In this document: positions 22,982 through 35,663 of the stretch, piece after piece
Layout of the letters: each line of letters begins with the position of its first letter
How positions within the stretch are numbered: position 1 is the first letter of the stretch
DNA from: Flectonema sp. DT1601
Lineage: Eukaryota
DNA length: 64,000 nt
Reading direction: 5' to 3'
NCBI GenBank assembly: GCA_964019425.1
Contig: OZ025803.1
Span: 434,001-498,000, forward strand
Program-made: the position numbers and the translations under genes
Notes under the pieces: generated by a model
What the model was told of the DNA's origin: nothing
Seen by the model: only the letters and a program-made list of their open reading frames with translations
Databases searched by the model: none

Positions 22982-23887
22982 ATTTACTTTATTACAGAAA
23001 GGCCTTATTTGTGGAAGATAATTAACAAAAGATTTACAGAACGACCGAAGCAACGAAATCCGTTTGTTTCCCGACAATTCATTATTGTCCTGTTGGAGAT
23101 TAAAGAATAAGAATATTCATAGATAAATATACAAAAATACGCTCTTTTTTTTTGACAAAACAACACGATGGCTGTTGATCTATAAAAATAAAACAAGACC
23201 AGAATGAAATTGAGTAGCTGAAACAAAACAAAATAATAAGTACAGACAGCATACTGTAATTACTAACGTGTCTCTTTGAAAGTGAGAACACGTAATTCCG
23301 TCTGTTTCGCTGTGGTCGAGAAAAAGACCAATTCTAGTAAAAGAAAAAAACAAACAAACGAACTTTGAAGCAGCTACGCTGTAATGAGAATACTTCTCAA
23401 TAAACAAGCAAACCTTTTGAGAAGGGAACTTCAATAACAAAGAACTACTGCCAATAGTCAAACAGAGTAAGATAAGAAACCTCACTTTCCAAAAGATAAG
23501 GAAACTAACTGCAGAACCGTTTATAAAGTGGAAATTTTTAATTTGAACGCTTCTGCTTTTTTTCGTGTCAAAGCAAATTGCTGAAAAAAAAAGAAATTGA
23601 AACAAAAAGAACGGAAAAAGCAATCTGCCTACGAGACACCTAAAAGAGCCTTTCGTTATTCAGGCTGTTATTGATGTCAAAGAAGACAATTTTTTGTGAT
23701 TGCAAAGAAAATGTTTTTACAAAAGATTTTGACAAGGGGAGGGAGGGAAGAATCTAATAACAAAAAAATCTACTAAGAGGGAATGGAATGGAGGAGAGGG
23801 GCCTGAACCGTGTTACAATTGCAAGCTTCAGTTTCTGAGATCAACCAAAGGCAAAACGCGTGGAGAATAAAATACAAAGTGGCCATC

Positions 23888-26800
23888 TTACAATGGGGGT
23901 GGTGTGTGCATACTGACGTGATGTCGGCTGTTTATTTATAATTATTTCAAGTAGTTTATACAATTATTAATACACAAGAAACAATACATACATTCGCAAA
24001 CTATCTTCAGTAGATCCCGAAATACTTCTGGTTGGTGGTTGGAAATCTTCCAACTCAGACGAAGCAGAGAACGACCTTGGGTCACGCTGTCTTCTTCTGA
24101 TGCCTCCAATTCTCGTAACGGGTGACATCGGAAGCATCAAACAATCAAATGGACTCCCTCCTCTCAGTGGGGCATTCGGAGGAGCCATATGAGATGTGCT
24201 GTACCCTTGAGGGGTTTCATTCCGGAATTGAGAAGGACTGCTTTGACAACTTAAAAACGAAAAGTGTCCCTCCGACTTTGATTCGAATGACAGCTCTCGC
24301 TGGTTCCTCTTTGGAGGAAGTGGTGCCGGAGATGTTGTTATTTCATTGGAACCAGCAGTGATGCTAGACCCGAATGACATTCGTAATTCCCGCTGTGCAC
24401 TTCCAATTGAGAATGCCCGACAGCAGTCTCCTCTCTCTTTGAGTGGAGCACCGGGGGCAGAGCAAACTGAACTTCCAAAGGAAAGTTCCCTGAGAGCACT
24501 ACCTACAGATCCAAAGGAAATCCTTTCACCACCACGATGTTCTCTCGCAGGTGCCCCTGGCGCTGAGCAAACCGACCCGACAGATAACTCACGTTGGACC
24601 CAATGAGTTGTTGTTGTGTGAGTTGTTATTTGAGATTCCCTCATCGGAAGTCCAACACCCATACAAGTGGAGTTGCTCCCGCTGCTTCCCCCAAATGATA
24701 ATTCTCGCTGAGCGCTACCAAATGAAAAAGCGACTTCTCGCTGTTCTCTCATCGGTGCACCGGGAGCAGAGTCACTACGCTCCCTCATTTCACAATCCGT
24801 GTTATGATCGTCAATTGAGAATGGATGAGGAAACGGTGGTGGAGGAGGTTCAGCAAATAGCTCTCCAGACAATGTCCGTCCATCTGGAGCAAGAGCGAGC
24901 AGCTGCGCTTGAATCCTCTGCGGTTGAAGAGGAGGAGAATATCCGTTCCAGTGATTAGTCGCTCCTCCAGCAATGTCATCTCCTTCCGGGGTTTTGCGAT
25001 GGGCCCTTCCCGTGACTGGACAGAAAGGAAACCCTCCAAAATCGCAGTTGGAACATCTACCGAGGGAAGGGGACTTTGAAGAATGTCGGGGAGGTAATCC
25101 GAGTGATGTTCGAGCCGGAGTCACATTCGACATTGTCAGTCTCGATGAGAATGCCTCCGCTGCTCGGAGCATTTCCTTGTCATCCTCATCGCGAGGACCT
25201 GAACCTGCACGACATGACTCCGGGCTGAGAGAGTCCTGACTTGGTAAGTACTCCCCTCCCATTTGAAGATGTTGACTACGATATTTAGTCATCTGTGGTG
25301 TCGTTACAGGACCACTGTTGTTGTTGATGTTATTTGAGTTGTTATTCTGAGAAAGAGGAATCTCTTGAAACGGAAGTGGCTGAACTGGAGTGTCAACCTC
25401 ATCGAGAGGATCAGTAACTTGAAAAACAGCGTCGTGATTAGTGATTCCGTGTACTCCTTCAACTGCATTAATTTGATTAAAGCTTTCCCTAACGTTATCT
25501 GGGTAACGGATGTCACCCTGAAGTGTACTCAGTTGGCTTAAGGTTGTTGCTTCATCAGGTGTGAAGTTAAACATCGCGTGTAGCTCAACGGGTGAGAAAT
25601 AACGAAGGATTGAAGTATTGCTTCGAGAAGTCTTACGCTCAACACATTCTTTAAAGATCTCCTGCCTGTAAGTGAATTCTTCAACTCCGCCACAAGTCAT
25701 TAATCGATAGACGATGACCTGTTTTTTTTGTCCGATTCGGTGAGCTCTACCGATGGCCTGGGAGTCTTTTGCCGGATTCCAGTCGGGATCGAACATGACA
25801 ACTCTACTCGCTCCTGTGAGTGTAAGACCAACACCACCAACACCAGTAGTTAGTAGCATAGCGTCTATTGTAGTGTCTGTGTTAAAACGATCAACTCTTG
25901 CTTGGCGATCTTTTTGTTTTGTCCCTCCGTCTAATCGAAGAAGTTGGATATCTCCGAAGACGTTTCTCAGAACAGTAGAAATGATGTCCAACATTTTAAC
26001 TGATTGTGAGAATATTAAGATCCGTTCACCATCTTTCTGAGCCATTTGATATATTCGAATTAGAGCTCTCATCTTACTACAGTCATCGATTAGTCTTCCA
26101 ACAAAGGCTTCACTATTATTGTATGCGAGTCTGCTGTGGAGTTCTTCTCTACCGTACTGAAGCCATAAGTGGTTGCATAGTTTCTTTAAGTTAGTGAGCA
26201 TGCAAACTGCTCCAGTCATTTGCTTTTTTAAAATACATTCCTTTACATCTTCTCCTTCAAGGTATGAACGGTAGACACCTTTTTGTAACTCTGATAGCTT
26301 ACACCACACGACGACGTCTATTTTTGATGAACCACCAAGGATGTCTTCTATAACATCTTGTCTTCTCTGAAGCATGTAAGGTGCGCATAGTCCTCTGAGC
26401 TTTTCTGAGCGTTGATGCGACAGATGTTTTGCAGACTCTGACGCTGTTCTCAACATTCCTTTTCTTATCGGGTCTGAGTATCCTCTCTTAAAAGCAATTT
26501 GACTATTGCCAAGAATCCTTGGATCAATAAAAGAAAACAAAGACCACAACTCATCAAGACTATTCTGAACAGGAGTACCTGTCATAATATAACGAATACC
26601 AGATGGAATAGCACGAGCTGCTTTAGCTGTTTGACTGCTGTGATTTTTTATTAAATGACCCTCGTCAAGGATGCAGTAGCCCCAATCAATTTGTTGAAGT
26701 AACTGATCTCTCTTATGAAGTGATTGCAGCATCCCGAAAGATGTCAACAGTACTGAAGGTGTAGTTGGATCTTTAAAACTTTGAACAATATTTGCTCTCA

Positions 26801-27506
26801 CTGCTGGTTGTGTGTCAGCAGAGAGAGCGATGATTCTTAATCTTGGACACCAAGTCTCTTTGTGATCTAACCAACTTGCAATCACAGTAGGAGGTACGAT
26901 CAGTAGTGCAGTAGCTGGACCAAAATTAGATCTCAAAACTGCTTCTAAGAACACCAACATTTGTATTGTTTTCCCGAGTCCCATCTCATCTCCGAGGATT
27001 CCTCCTGCTGGTTTGTCGCTCGTTATTTGTTTTGCTTGACGCCAAAGCCAGGCCACGCCAGCACGTTGATGAGGATAGAGTCGGAACCAGGTGGCAATTG
27101 GGATGTCGATATGCATTTCAGGGAATTCTTCGAAAGGTAGACGAGCAACTTGAAGTGAGTGAATTAGTTCAACAGTGATGCCGACTTCAGATATGTATTC
27201 AGTTCTGTCCTCGTCAAGAACTTCATGACCTCCTAGTAATGGCATCATTTGTGGTTGTGAAATCATATCATCACCGCAATCCATATCACAATCCATTCTC
27301 ATAGCACTGATATTCAAATCATCAGAGTCACTGCTGACACCTTCAAAGTCTTCGTCAATCCATCTTTCTCTTTCTAAGATCATTTCTCGTTCTCTCATTT
27401 CATCCATAATCAAACTTGATCTATAACAGTTCTCTCGAGCCATGTACTCGACGACAATCTGTCTGTCAGGAGCGGGTTGAGGATCGAACAAACGGATCCT
27501 TCCCAT
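23888..27506 (-). CDS. SNF2-family helicase, ERCC6L/PICH-like (CSB/Rad26-related); exons 27506-23992 and 23927-23888
   Basis: GGILGDEMGLGKT, DEGH, TGTPVQN, LLTTGVGGVGLTLTGA, DPDWNPA, QAIGRAHRIGQ. The track tail MYVLFLVY is intron read-through; the spliced end is ...SLRIRHHVSMHTPPPL*. Confidence 0.9.
23928..23991 (-). other. Predicted intron, 64 nt, phase 2
   Basis: AT|GTATGT...AATTATAAATAAACAG|C; an alternative GTATTG donor lies 4 nt inside. Confidence 0.72.
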
Positions 27507-27820
27507 CAGAAACCTCAACACTACCTGAAGATAATTAAATAAATTAAAGTAACGATAGAATTCATCTCATTGACAGACTTAAAAGATAAACTTCATTCAT
27601 ACTGCTGACCTACATTACAAAAAATTAATTTTTAATAGGTTTCACAATAATATTCCTTGAGGGAATTAGACGCCTTGTCAAAGGAGAAACTCTCTTAAAA
27701 AACAACCAGAGTGACTAAATTAATTAAAGATATCGTACGCTTGACAAGCAAAGCTCACGGCAAGTAGACATAATCAAAGTGTGTAAATGGATTGCAAAGT
27801 GCAGAGTTAAGAAATTGATC

Positions 27821-30046
27821 TTAAGAGGTTGGTAAAACAACACTTCTCTTCCAACTCTCAGGGACTAGCGACGGTGCTATTTCATTGAAGTGATCGGCGG
27901 CTGATGATGTCATGTGAAGTTCGAGTTCGTTTCGTCGACTCCTCTTTTTCATCATTTGTACAGCAGCAGAAGTTGTAAGTGAAGTCGGTTCATATGGTAG
28001 TTGTTGTTGCATTTGTTGACGACGAATGTCACTCAGCTTACAACTAACAACACGTTTTCTCACAGAAAGTGTTTTCCCTCCTAACGGTCCTCGGTTGTCA
28101 ATAAGTCTCTGCTGACGTCGTCTTTCTATCTCTTGGGCCTGCCAGCTGTCATTAAGTTGTTCAGCTCGTTCAGTGACGTGACGGATACCTTGTCGAAGTT
28201 TATCGAGTTGATCTCTAATTCTTCCACCAGTGTCAGGACGGAATAGGACTTCAGAATGGATGGGTGCTATGTCTTCATGTTTATAATCAGCTGCGATTAT
28301 TGACTCGTCGTCTCCACTATCTAAATTACCAATTCCTCCATCTTTATTCCATTCATCCACTAGAACAGAAATCAATTCCTCCTCTCCTGCTTGTTGAATC
28401 TTATCCATTAGCTGACCTCTATTTTGAAGAACATTCTGAAGAATCATAATACGTCCTTTTGCACCTCTTAATATTGGAGGAGGTGGCGGAGTGGGAGGTG
28501 ATTTCGGTTGGAGGGTTGTTGCAAGTACATCATCAATGGTCTGCCATTCCGACTTCTGAAATAAGACAAGTGGAGTTTCCCTTTTGCGTGGTCTTGTTCG
28601 TTCCCTGGAGCATAAGTTTGTTAATGTCTCTGGAATAACCGCAGGTAGATTAGTAGTCACCGAGGGGTGTAATCGTTTAAATACGCTCCCAGAAGAGCGA
28701 GGATTTTGAGTTCTTCTGCAAGACGGTGCTATTTCAATCAAACCGAGAGATTTCACAGGAAATGTAGTTCGTGACTTCTTCACGAGCACTTCCGATTTTC
28801 TTGCATTCATCAGGGTACCCTGAAAGGCTCGGGTTACTCTCACCGCCTTGTGCATTTTTGCCAGTTGGGTCATTGGCTTCTTATTTGCCTCCGAAGCAAT
28901 GAGGGAGGATATTGGTCGGGAGCGGAGTTTGGTCCAGAAACCGATTGGCAGGTTACGGGAACGTAATTTCCGAATCTTTCTTTTTCTCCCCTTCTTCTTG
29001 TTCTTTGATGATGTTATTCGTGAACGCGGTGGTTTCTGAGGATCTGGTTCCGAATCCGAGTACTCAGACTCTTCTTCTTCTTCGTCATCTTCTTCCGAAG
29101 TTGAATAGTTCGAAAGCTCTTGTAACTTCTCTTTGAGGTGGCGAAACTGTTTGATAACGGTTCCTGGTAAACCTAATCTTATGATGTCTTTTCTTATAAT
29201 ATTTATCTTTAGTCTCTCAATAGCTTTTAATTTTCTGAATTGTATTTCCTCCCTGTTCGTTATTCGTCTTCCCAGGTACTTCACTGTTAAGTAAGAGGCC
29301 CATAATAACTTATTCTCAGTGACACCCTTCCTGTTATCTGAGCAACTTTTCTCGAGCTTGCTTAGATTTTCTTTCAAGTGAGTGCTGGTTTGAGTTTCTA
29401 TGAGATCTGTTATAGATAAAAGATTATGTTTTCTTGAAGTTGTGACTATCCATTGTTGATGTAGACGACCCTTCGGATTTAAAAGTTGATTATGATTGCG
29501 ACCCAATATCAAAGGAGCCATGAATCGACTCATAACCTGTCCACTCTTTGTAACAACTGGGTCAACCATTAGGTTTTTACGACCACCGTAGCTCTGTGGC
29601 CATGGTTGGCTTTCTACAAATTCAGAAGGGATTTCAATACCTTCGAGGTCGCATATCTCATGGAAGACAATAGTCGCTTCAATGCGCTGAATAGTTTTAG
29701 CGACATCAACTTTTTTCACCTGTCGCAAAACTAATTCCATGTCATCATCACTCTTTACAGGGGAACGTAGATCACTTTCCGACTCAGAGCTGCTGTCGTA
29801 TTCGAAGTCACTTTCACACTCTAATTGATATCTGTCAAGGAAGTCATGTCGAGACCACAGAAGTTTTCTTGACGGGTGTGGAATTCTTGATGTCCCTTGT
29901 CTAAGTAATTTCTGCGATGGATACCTCATGAGCTTTTTTTGAGAACAGGTCACACCAACACGATTCCGATTTCTTGCTAGAGGTAGATTTATTGCATCTT
30001 TTTTCGGCTTCCGAGGTTGGAGATGTTCGAAATCTGGTGTCAGCAT
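27821..30046 (-). CDS. Hypothetical protein, 741 aa, basic with acidic patch and coiled-coil segments
   Basis: 2.2 kb ATG-initiated ORF on the cluster strand; no family recognised. Confidence 0.8.
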   Translation of the reverse strand: MLTPDFEHLQPRKPKKDAINLPLARNRNRVGVTCSQKKLMRYPSQKLLRQGTSRIPHPSRKLLWSRHDFLDRYQLECESDFEYDSSSESESDLRSPVKSDDDMELVLRQVKKVDVAKTIQRIEATIVFHEICDLEGIEIPSEFVESQPWPQSYGGRKNLMVDPVVTKSGQVMSRFMAPLILGRNHNQLLNPKGRLHQQWIVTTSRKHNLLSITDLIETQTSTHLKENLSKLEKSCSDNRKGVTENKLLWASYLTVKYLGRRITNREEIQFRKLKAIERLKINIIRKDIIRLGLPGTVIKQFRHLKEKLQELSNYSTSEEDDEEEEESEYSDSEPDPQKPPRSRITSSKNKKKGRKRKIRKLRSRNLPIGFWTKLRSRPISSLIASEANKKPMTQLAKMHKAVRVTRAFQGTLMNARKSEVLVKKSRTTFPVKSLGLIEIAPSCRRTQNPRSSGSVFKRLHPSVTTNLPAVIPETLTNLCSRERTRPRKRETPLVLFQKSEWQTIDDVLATTLQPKSPPTPPPPPILRGAKGRIMILQNVLQNRGQLMDKIQQAGEEELISVLVDEWNKDGGIGNLDSGDDESIIAADYKHEDIAPIHSEVLFRPDTGGRIRDQLDKLRQGIRHVTERAEQLNDSWQAQEIERRRQQRLIDNRGPLGGKTLSVRKRVVSCKLSDIRRQQMQQQLPYEPTSLTTSAAVQMMKKRSRRNELELHMTSSAADHFNEIAPSLVPESWKRSVVLPTS

Positions 30047-32399
30047 TTTCGATTAACCATAACAGATCAGCTAATGGAGAGTGTCATGTTTATATTATTA
30101 TTGTATGTTATCATATTTACTATTGGGAATTATAATGACTACAAAGTGTTCTTCTTTTCATGACTTGTTGCAACCTGAGAGAATCAAAAAATATGAAAGA
30201 CAAATTATTACATAAATCAAAATCGCAATTACCTTCAAAGATGGGGTTGCCGGGGGCATCCTGCCGCCTGCATCGAAGGACAGCTGCCTAGGGGACACAG
30301 CCTAGGGGACACACATCATCTTTCTGGTTCACTATATGTACTAACTCTGAATTATTTAATTGCAGTTTTTTTTTTTTTTTTTGTGTTGGCTTTGATACAA
30401 CGGACAGGGCGCGTAAGGAATTCTGCCCCATCTGCATCGACTGTCAGTTAGTTGGCTACCAAATCTATGAGAGTACGTGGTGTAACTCTCAGCAACGATT
30501 GCTAACTGAAACGCCTTTGAAAAGTATTTTATTAGAATAAAGTAACGCAGCTAATTGTTGAAAACAAAAAGGAGATCGAAAAAAAAAAGAAAAAAAAAGT
30601 GTGCCAAAGTTAAATAACTGCTCCAGCAAACCATTCTGTCCGCTACTTGTTTCGAATGTAAGTACCTAGATTAAACACCTCTTTAGTGATCAGTGGTAGG
30701 TCTATATAACTAATCTCTATGAGTTTCCCCAATAAATAATAAGACCAGACCACACAATACACCATAAAGTAGCTATCTTTATCAACCTTCAGCTGTTGAC
30801 TTTAGAATTAGCAAATGGGAGGCCTTTATAGGGATGAGGCGGGCCTCACTTCAGCGTCAGTGAGAATCGGGAGGGAGGAAAACGGGAAGAATAAGAAATA
30901 CTTACGGAGTGCCTACAGGTTCCCCGCAACCATTTTGAAACTCCAGGTCGCAGATAACATTGGACGTGTGTAAGAAGTTTGGTACAAAGTTTAAATGGAA
31001 GGCATCAAGTCTACTGACAATAGCCAATAAAAAGAACTATTAAAGCCTTCGCACCAATGCGTCTGGATCACATCTTTAGCCAACTGGATTCGTATTCGCA
31101 GGAAAGAAAAACAAAAAACAAAAAAACATATGCAAATGGGTGGCACAAAGTAAACCAAAACAAAAACATAGTTTTGGATATGACAATACTTTTATGCCAT
31201 CCTTAAGCGTTAGAGCAGTCTGCGGAAGTAATCCTTGCTGCAGCTCCTCCAAGCAAGTAGTAGCAGGTTTTCGTACAAGAAAGCATCTTAGATCGGTCTT
31301 ACAGTATAGCTGTCGAGACATAACAAATAGAGCTCAGAGGCGGGAACTTTTTTTTCTTTTTTCTTAAACTAAAAAACAAACGCAGAACAAAAAAACAGTT
31401 CAAACCGTTATATAGTATGGGCTAGGAAGAGAGGGAGTACCTGGAAATAAGTGAGGGATGGGATGGCAAGCATTATCACCACCATGGAATAACTGAGTGA
31501 CAACCAAGCGATTAGGTGATCTGCAAGCCGTAAAAAAGAACATACGTACACACTTCACTATCCACCGTAGAGCATTCGGATCATCTTACAGTGAAAGGAA
31601 GAGTTCGTATTTTCTTATTATTCTTTCTTGACCAGGCAGGGGGTTAGGGAGAATTTTTTTTTTTTTTTTTTTTTTTTTTGATTCCTTCGACAGTTGTTAT
31701 AACCGAAAAAGAATAAGAACTTACTAATGATTTAATTTGTGGCGTTTGTACATGTCCGAGAACCGAAAAGTAAAAAAAAAAAAAATTGGAGAGGGAGGGT
31801 AAATTGATACTTTTAAAAGGGATGAGAGACTTCTAAGTACAATTACCTTGGATACACTATGCGTGATCTTGATGAGAACAAACATTCACTCCGAAAGAAT
31901 AGACTCAGTCCAATTCTCTTTTACTTTTTTGGTTCGCTGCCATGTAAAAAGTTACAATTGTTCTCAAGAGATAGAGCAGAAATCATACAAAATAATGAAA
32001 GATGGGGAAAAAGAAATCCAGAGAAGCGACGACGCACTTTGAGTAGTAAAGAGGTTTCATTTTTTTTTTTTTTTTTTTCATTCTATTTTTTTTTTCTTTC
32101 CTTCTCTATATTCTGGCACAAAAACAAAGCACCATAGAGAATAAGGCACACAAAGCATGACTGCTCAGGGGTGGAGAAGGGGAAGATTGGGGAATTTAAA
32201 AGGATTTTCAAACACAAGGACTGGTGTCCCCTAAAATAAGGTGCAAAAGCGTTGAGTGAACAACTATAGCATTGTCAGAGTGACGATTATCGATCCACCT
32301 CACGCAAACAAGAAATATACAAAATAACATAGTTGTGAAAAAATTTAAAAGCAAAATCAAATGGCTGCGCCACCGAAATCGAGATTATTGATAATTAAT

Positions 32400-33050
32400 T
32401 TACTGCCGCAGTGCCTCTCCTTTTCTCATCAGTGCGCTGCAGCTAGAATTGATTACCAGTGTAAGCGAAGCTGCTTGCAGATTAAGCGCTTGAACTTGGG
32501 TGTTTCTTACTTGGGTGCCACGTCTATCAAAGACGAGTATTTCTGACCGGGTCTCTGCATCTCATCAATAAGGAACCTCAGAATGACCTTTCTAGGTTCC
32601 AGATGCTTTGCTACATTAAGTGTGCTCAGCCGAACACCTGGTGCGACTTAGTAAGCTTGTGGCCGAAACACAAAAATACTGTGACTTGCGAAGAGATTGT
32701 ACTGTACTTGAGATTTGGCGTGTTACTATCTGTAGCGATAATCATATTGAGCCAGTACTCTGTATCATATGCTTCGCCTGATGAAAGGACATCAGTACCA
32801 AGGTAATAAGAATGTAAGTTGGCTGCATCAATTTTCTCCAACAGTATAACCTTTTATTTACCAGAAGTTATCAGATCCAGGGTACTTACCCTGTCCTAGC
32901 ACGCTTTCGCTTTGCAGGCTTCACCTTCCTCCGTCTCAGTTGGTAGAATCGACTTTTACTGATTCTACCTCTGGTTCTCCGGGACTAGAGATTAACTCTT
33001 CCTCATCAGAGGTTCTCCTTGATCTTTTCTCTACGTCCGTGGTAGCAGCC
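32400..33050 (-). pseudogene. Possible decayed coding sequence
   Basis: Island free of long homopolymers; consecutive protein-like frames (LAATTDVEKRSRRTSDEEEL, LEKIDAANLHSYYLGTDVL, VRLSTLNVAKHLEPRKVILRFLIDEMQR) broken by shifts and stops. Confidence 0.3.
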
Positions 33051-35630
33051 AAGTATTAATTTCTTTGGGAATAAATAAATTAAATAAATTCAAAATTAAT
33101 TCACAAGTATGAAATAAAAAGAAACAAAAAAATGAGGGGTAAAAAATAAGACCTAAAAAAAAGAAAAAGCTATGTCAATCACGTGAGCGAATTCCCACGT
33201 CATCAGCCACAAAAAGAATGAAATTTTTTTTTAAAAAAAAAAAAGAGACAGTTTCCTTCTTACTCAATTTTTTTTTCCTTTTTTTTTTTCGAACAACTCC
33301 AATCAAAATCCACCAACGAAGCAAGACGAATTGTGATATGTTGGAAGTGACGTCGTCCGTTAGTCCAGTTGGTTCTTCACACTCGTAAACAAGAAAAATG
33401 GATTAAAACGAATCTAAATCATCTTTCCTAACGTTGGTTAAGTTACTCAAAACTGGGAGTAGACAAATGAAATAAAAACACGACAAAGCCGTTACCTGAA
33501 AATGTTGCTCTTGAATACGGAAAACGAATCAGATATATAAATATTTCGGGCGACTGAAGAAAAGCAGCTACGCACATATAACTCAGCGACATATATTGAT
33601 ACTCACACTTGCTGACCTTCCTTATTTATTGTATCAATCACTACTTACACCCACACGAAGCGCGACTGTAACGAAGAACGGGGTTGGAAAAAAGGAATAA
33701 AAAAACAACTTAAAATTTATTAATGTTTCATTTGTCCAGATATGACATGCCTGTCAGCATCTGTTGGTTTTTTTTATTGTCCTTGCTTGTTCGCAGGAGC
33801 TATGTATTTAAAACTCAATGTAAGTACCGTCAAAAGATCGGACGAGTATTTTCAGCACTTTCAAATGTATAGCTTGAAAGAGCTAGTCGAGGGATGCAAA
33901 GGAAAAATAACAAATTGTGACTTGCACTGCCGACTGCCTAATAGCCTTCTTGTGATTTCATATATAAGAGGCCAAAGGGACAGAGTCATATATAGTCAGA
34001 AACACCAACTACTAATAGGTTAACTTCTAGCCAACAACAACTTCATGTTGATCACGTAGTTTATAGTAATTAAGCTAATACAAGCGTGAATGCAAGGCAT
34101 GTTGTGGTGAGTACCATTCGCAAAAGAATAGACGAAAAAAATAAGGAGGGGGTCTTACATCAAACAAAAAAAAAAGGAACAGGAGTTTTTATTTTATTTT
34201 ATTATTATTATTATTATTTTTTTTTTTTTCAAAAGTCGAAAGAATTAACCAATAAAAAATAAAAAAAATAAAATTATTTAAATATAAAAAAATAAAAAAA
34301 ACGTCGAATGCTGCTGTTTGTACTATTTTGTTTGCAAGTGGAAGTCGAACCTTAGAAAGCCAAAAGACAATACCACACATCTGTGAGACTCTCACTAACG
34401 AAAAGAGACATAAGCCCTTCACAAGTAAACAACTACTTAAAGTTAAGGCTGAGGAAAAAATGAAAAAATAAAATAAAAAATCACATTAAATATTATTTTA
34501 GTATAAGATGTGTTTCCTTCACCAAATATTGAATAAAATGGTAAGTGGTTATACAAAAATAAAAAAAAAAAAAAAAAAAGAACAATAAGTTCGTTGTTCA
34601 ATAATGCAGTTTCCCAACAAACAGTAGACGAAAAGAATAAATAAGGAACTCATTTGCCAATCATTTGATTGAAAGTACCTCCTTGGCGATTATTGTTTCT
34701 GAATCTTCATTGCAGAGAAGAATAGAATAGGGAAAATCCGGTTCAAAAAAAAAAAAAAAAAAACTCAACGAAGTAACAACGAATCAGAGATACAAAAGAA
34801 AACCTCCAACGCCGAAGAAAAAGAGGCTGTAGACAATAAAAAAAAAAAAGATAAAAAAAAACGGGGTACGACCCCTATCGATCCATTGCTCGACCCTAAT
34901 GAGTTTGCTATGAAATAGTGCACTAAATCAAGATATAAAAAAGACATTGCCCTGTTGTTCCATCTATGTTAGCAAAGTCCACTTAACAATGTGAAATTCT
35001 TAGTTTCAGGTAGTATTGTCTTATACGTCTTGTCGTTCTTAGCCCCTAATGGGTTTATCGTTAAAAAAGGTAAACTGCTACCGCAGTAACAAAATATTAA
35101 ATAATAAAAAAAAAAAGAATACATTGTTGCGTGAGAAATGGTGCTGTACTCCAAAAATACTATAGATAGATAAATAATATTGTTATTTCTTTTCGCTGCC
35201 TTACTGTAAACCGAAACTTGTAAGTATAAAGATAATTTTTTCCAAAACGAAAAAAAGAATTCCTTGCGGGTTTAATGATTGTGCGGGCATTGCACCGCCC
35301 CCAGGAAAGACAGAAAGTATATGGTGTTGTGTTTGTGAACAAGCAGTCTGCCTTATGGCACCAAGCGATTACTTACTTTTACTAGACATTTATTGGAGTA
35401 AGAAATTAGCTCCATTAGAGGGTTTATTTGCTTGAATTACTTTTTTTTTTTTTTTTTAAAAACTAAAACTTAATAAGTAAATACAACAAAAAAAACAAAA
35501 AAAAAAAACAATACAAATCCAATAGAGATATGGAGTGGAATCGCAAGCGGATTGAAAGGAACCGAATAAAAAAAAAAAAAAAAAAAAAGATCAAATTTTT
35601 CGGCCCCGTTTTCAACATGATACATAAGTA

Positions 35631-35663
<33 letters not shown>

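Noticed and set aside
23635..23650. GGCTCTTTTAGGTGTC on the minus strand, similar to a histone stem-loop
   Set aside because: The 3' arm departs from ARRRCC, the stem is imperfect, and there is no histone gene nearby.
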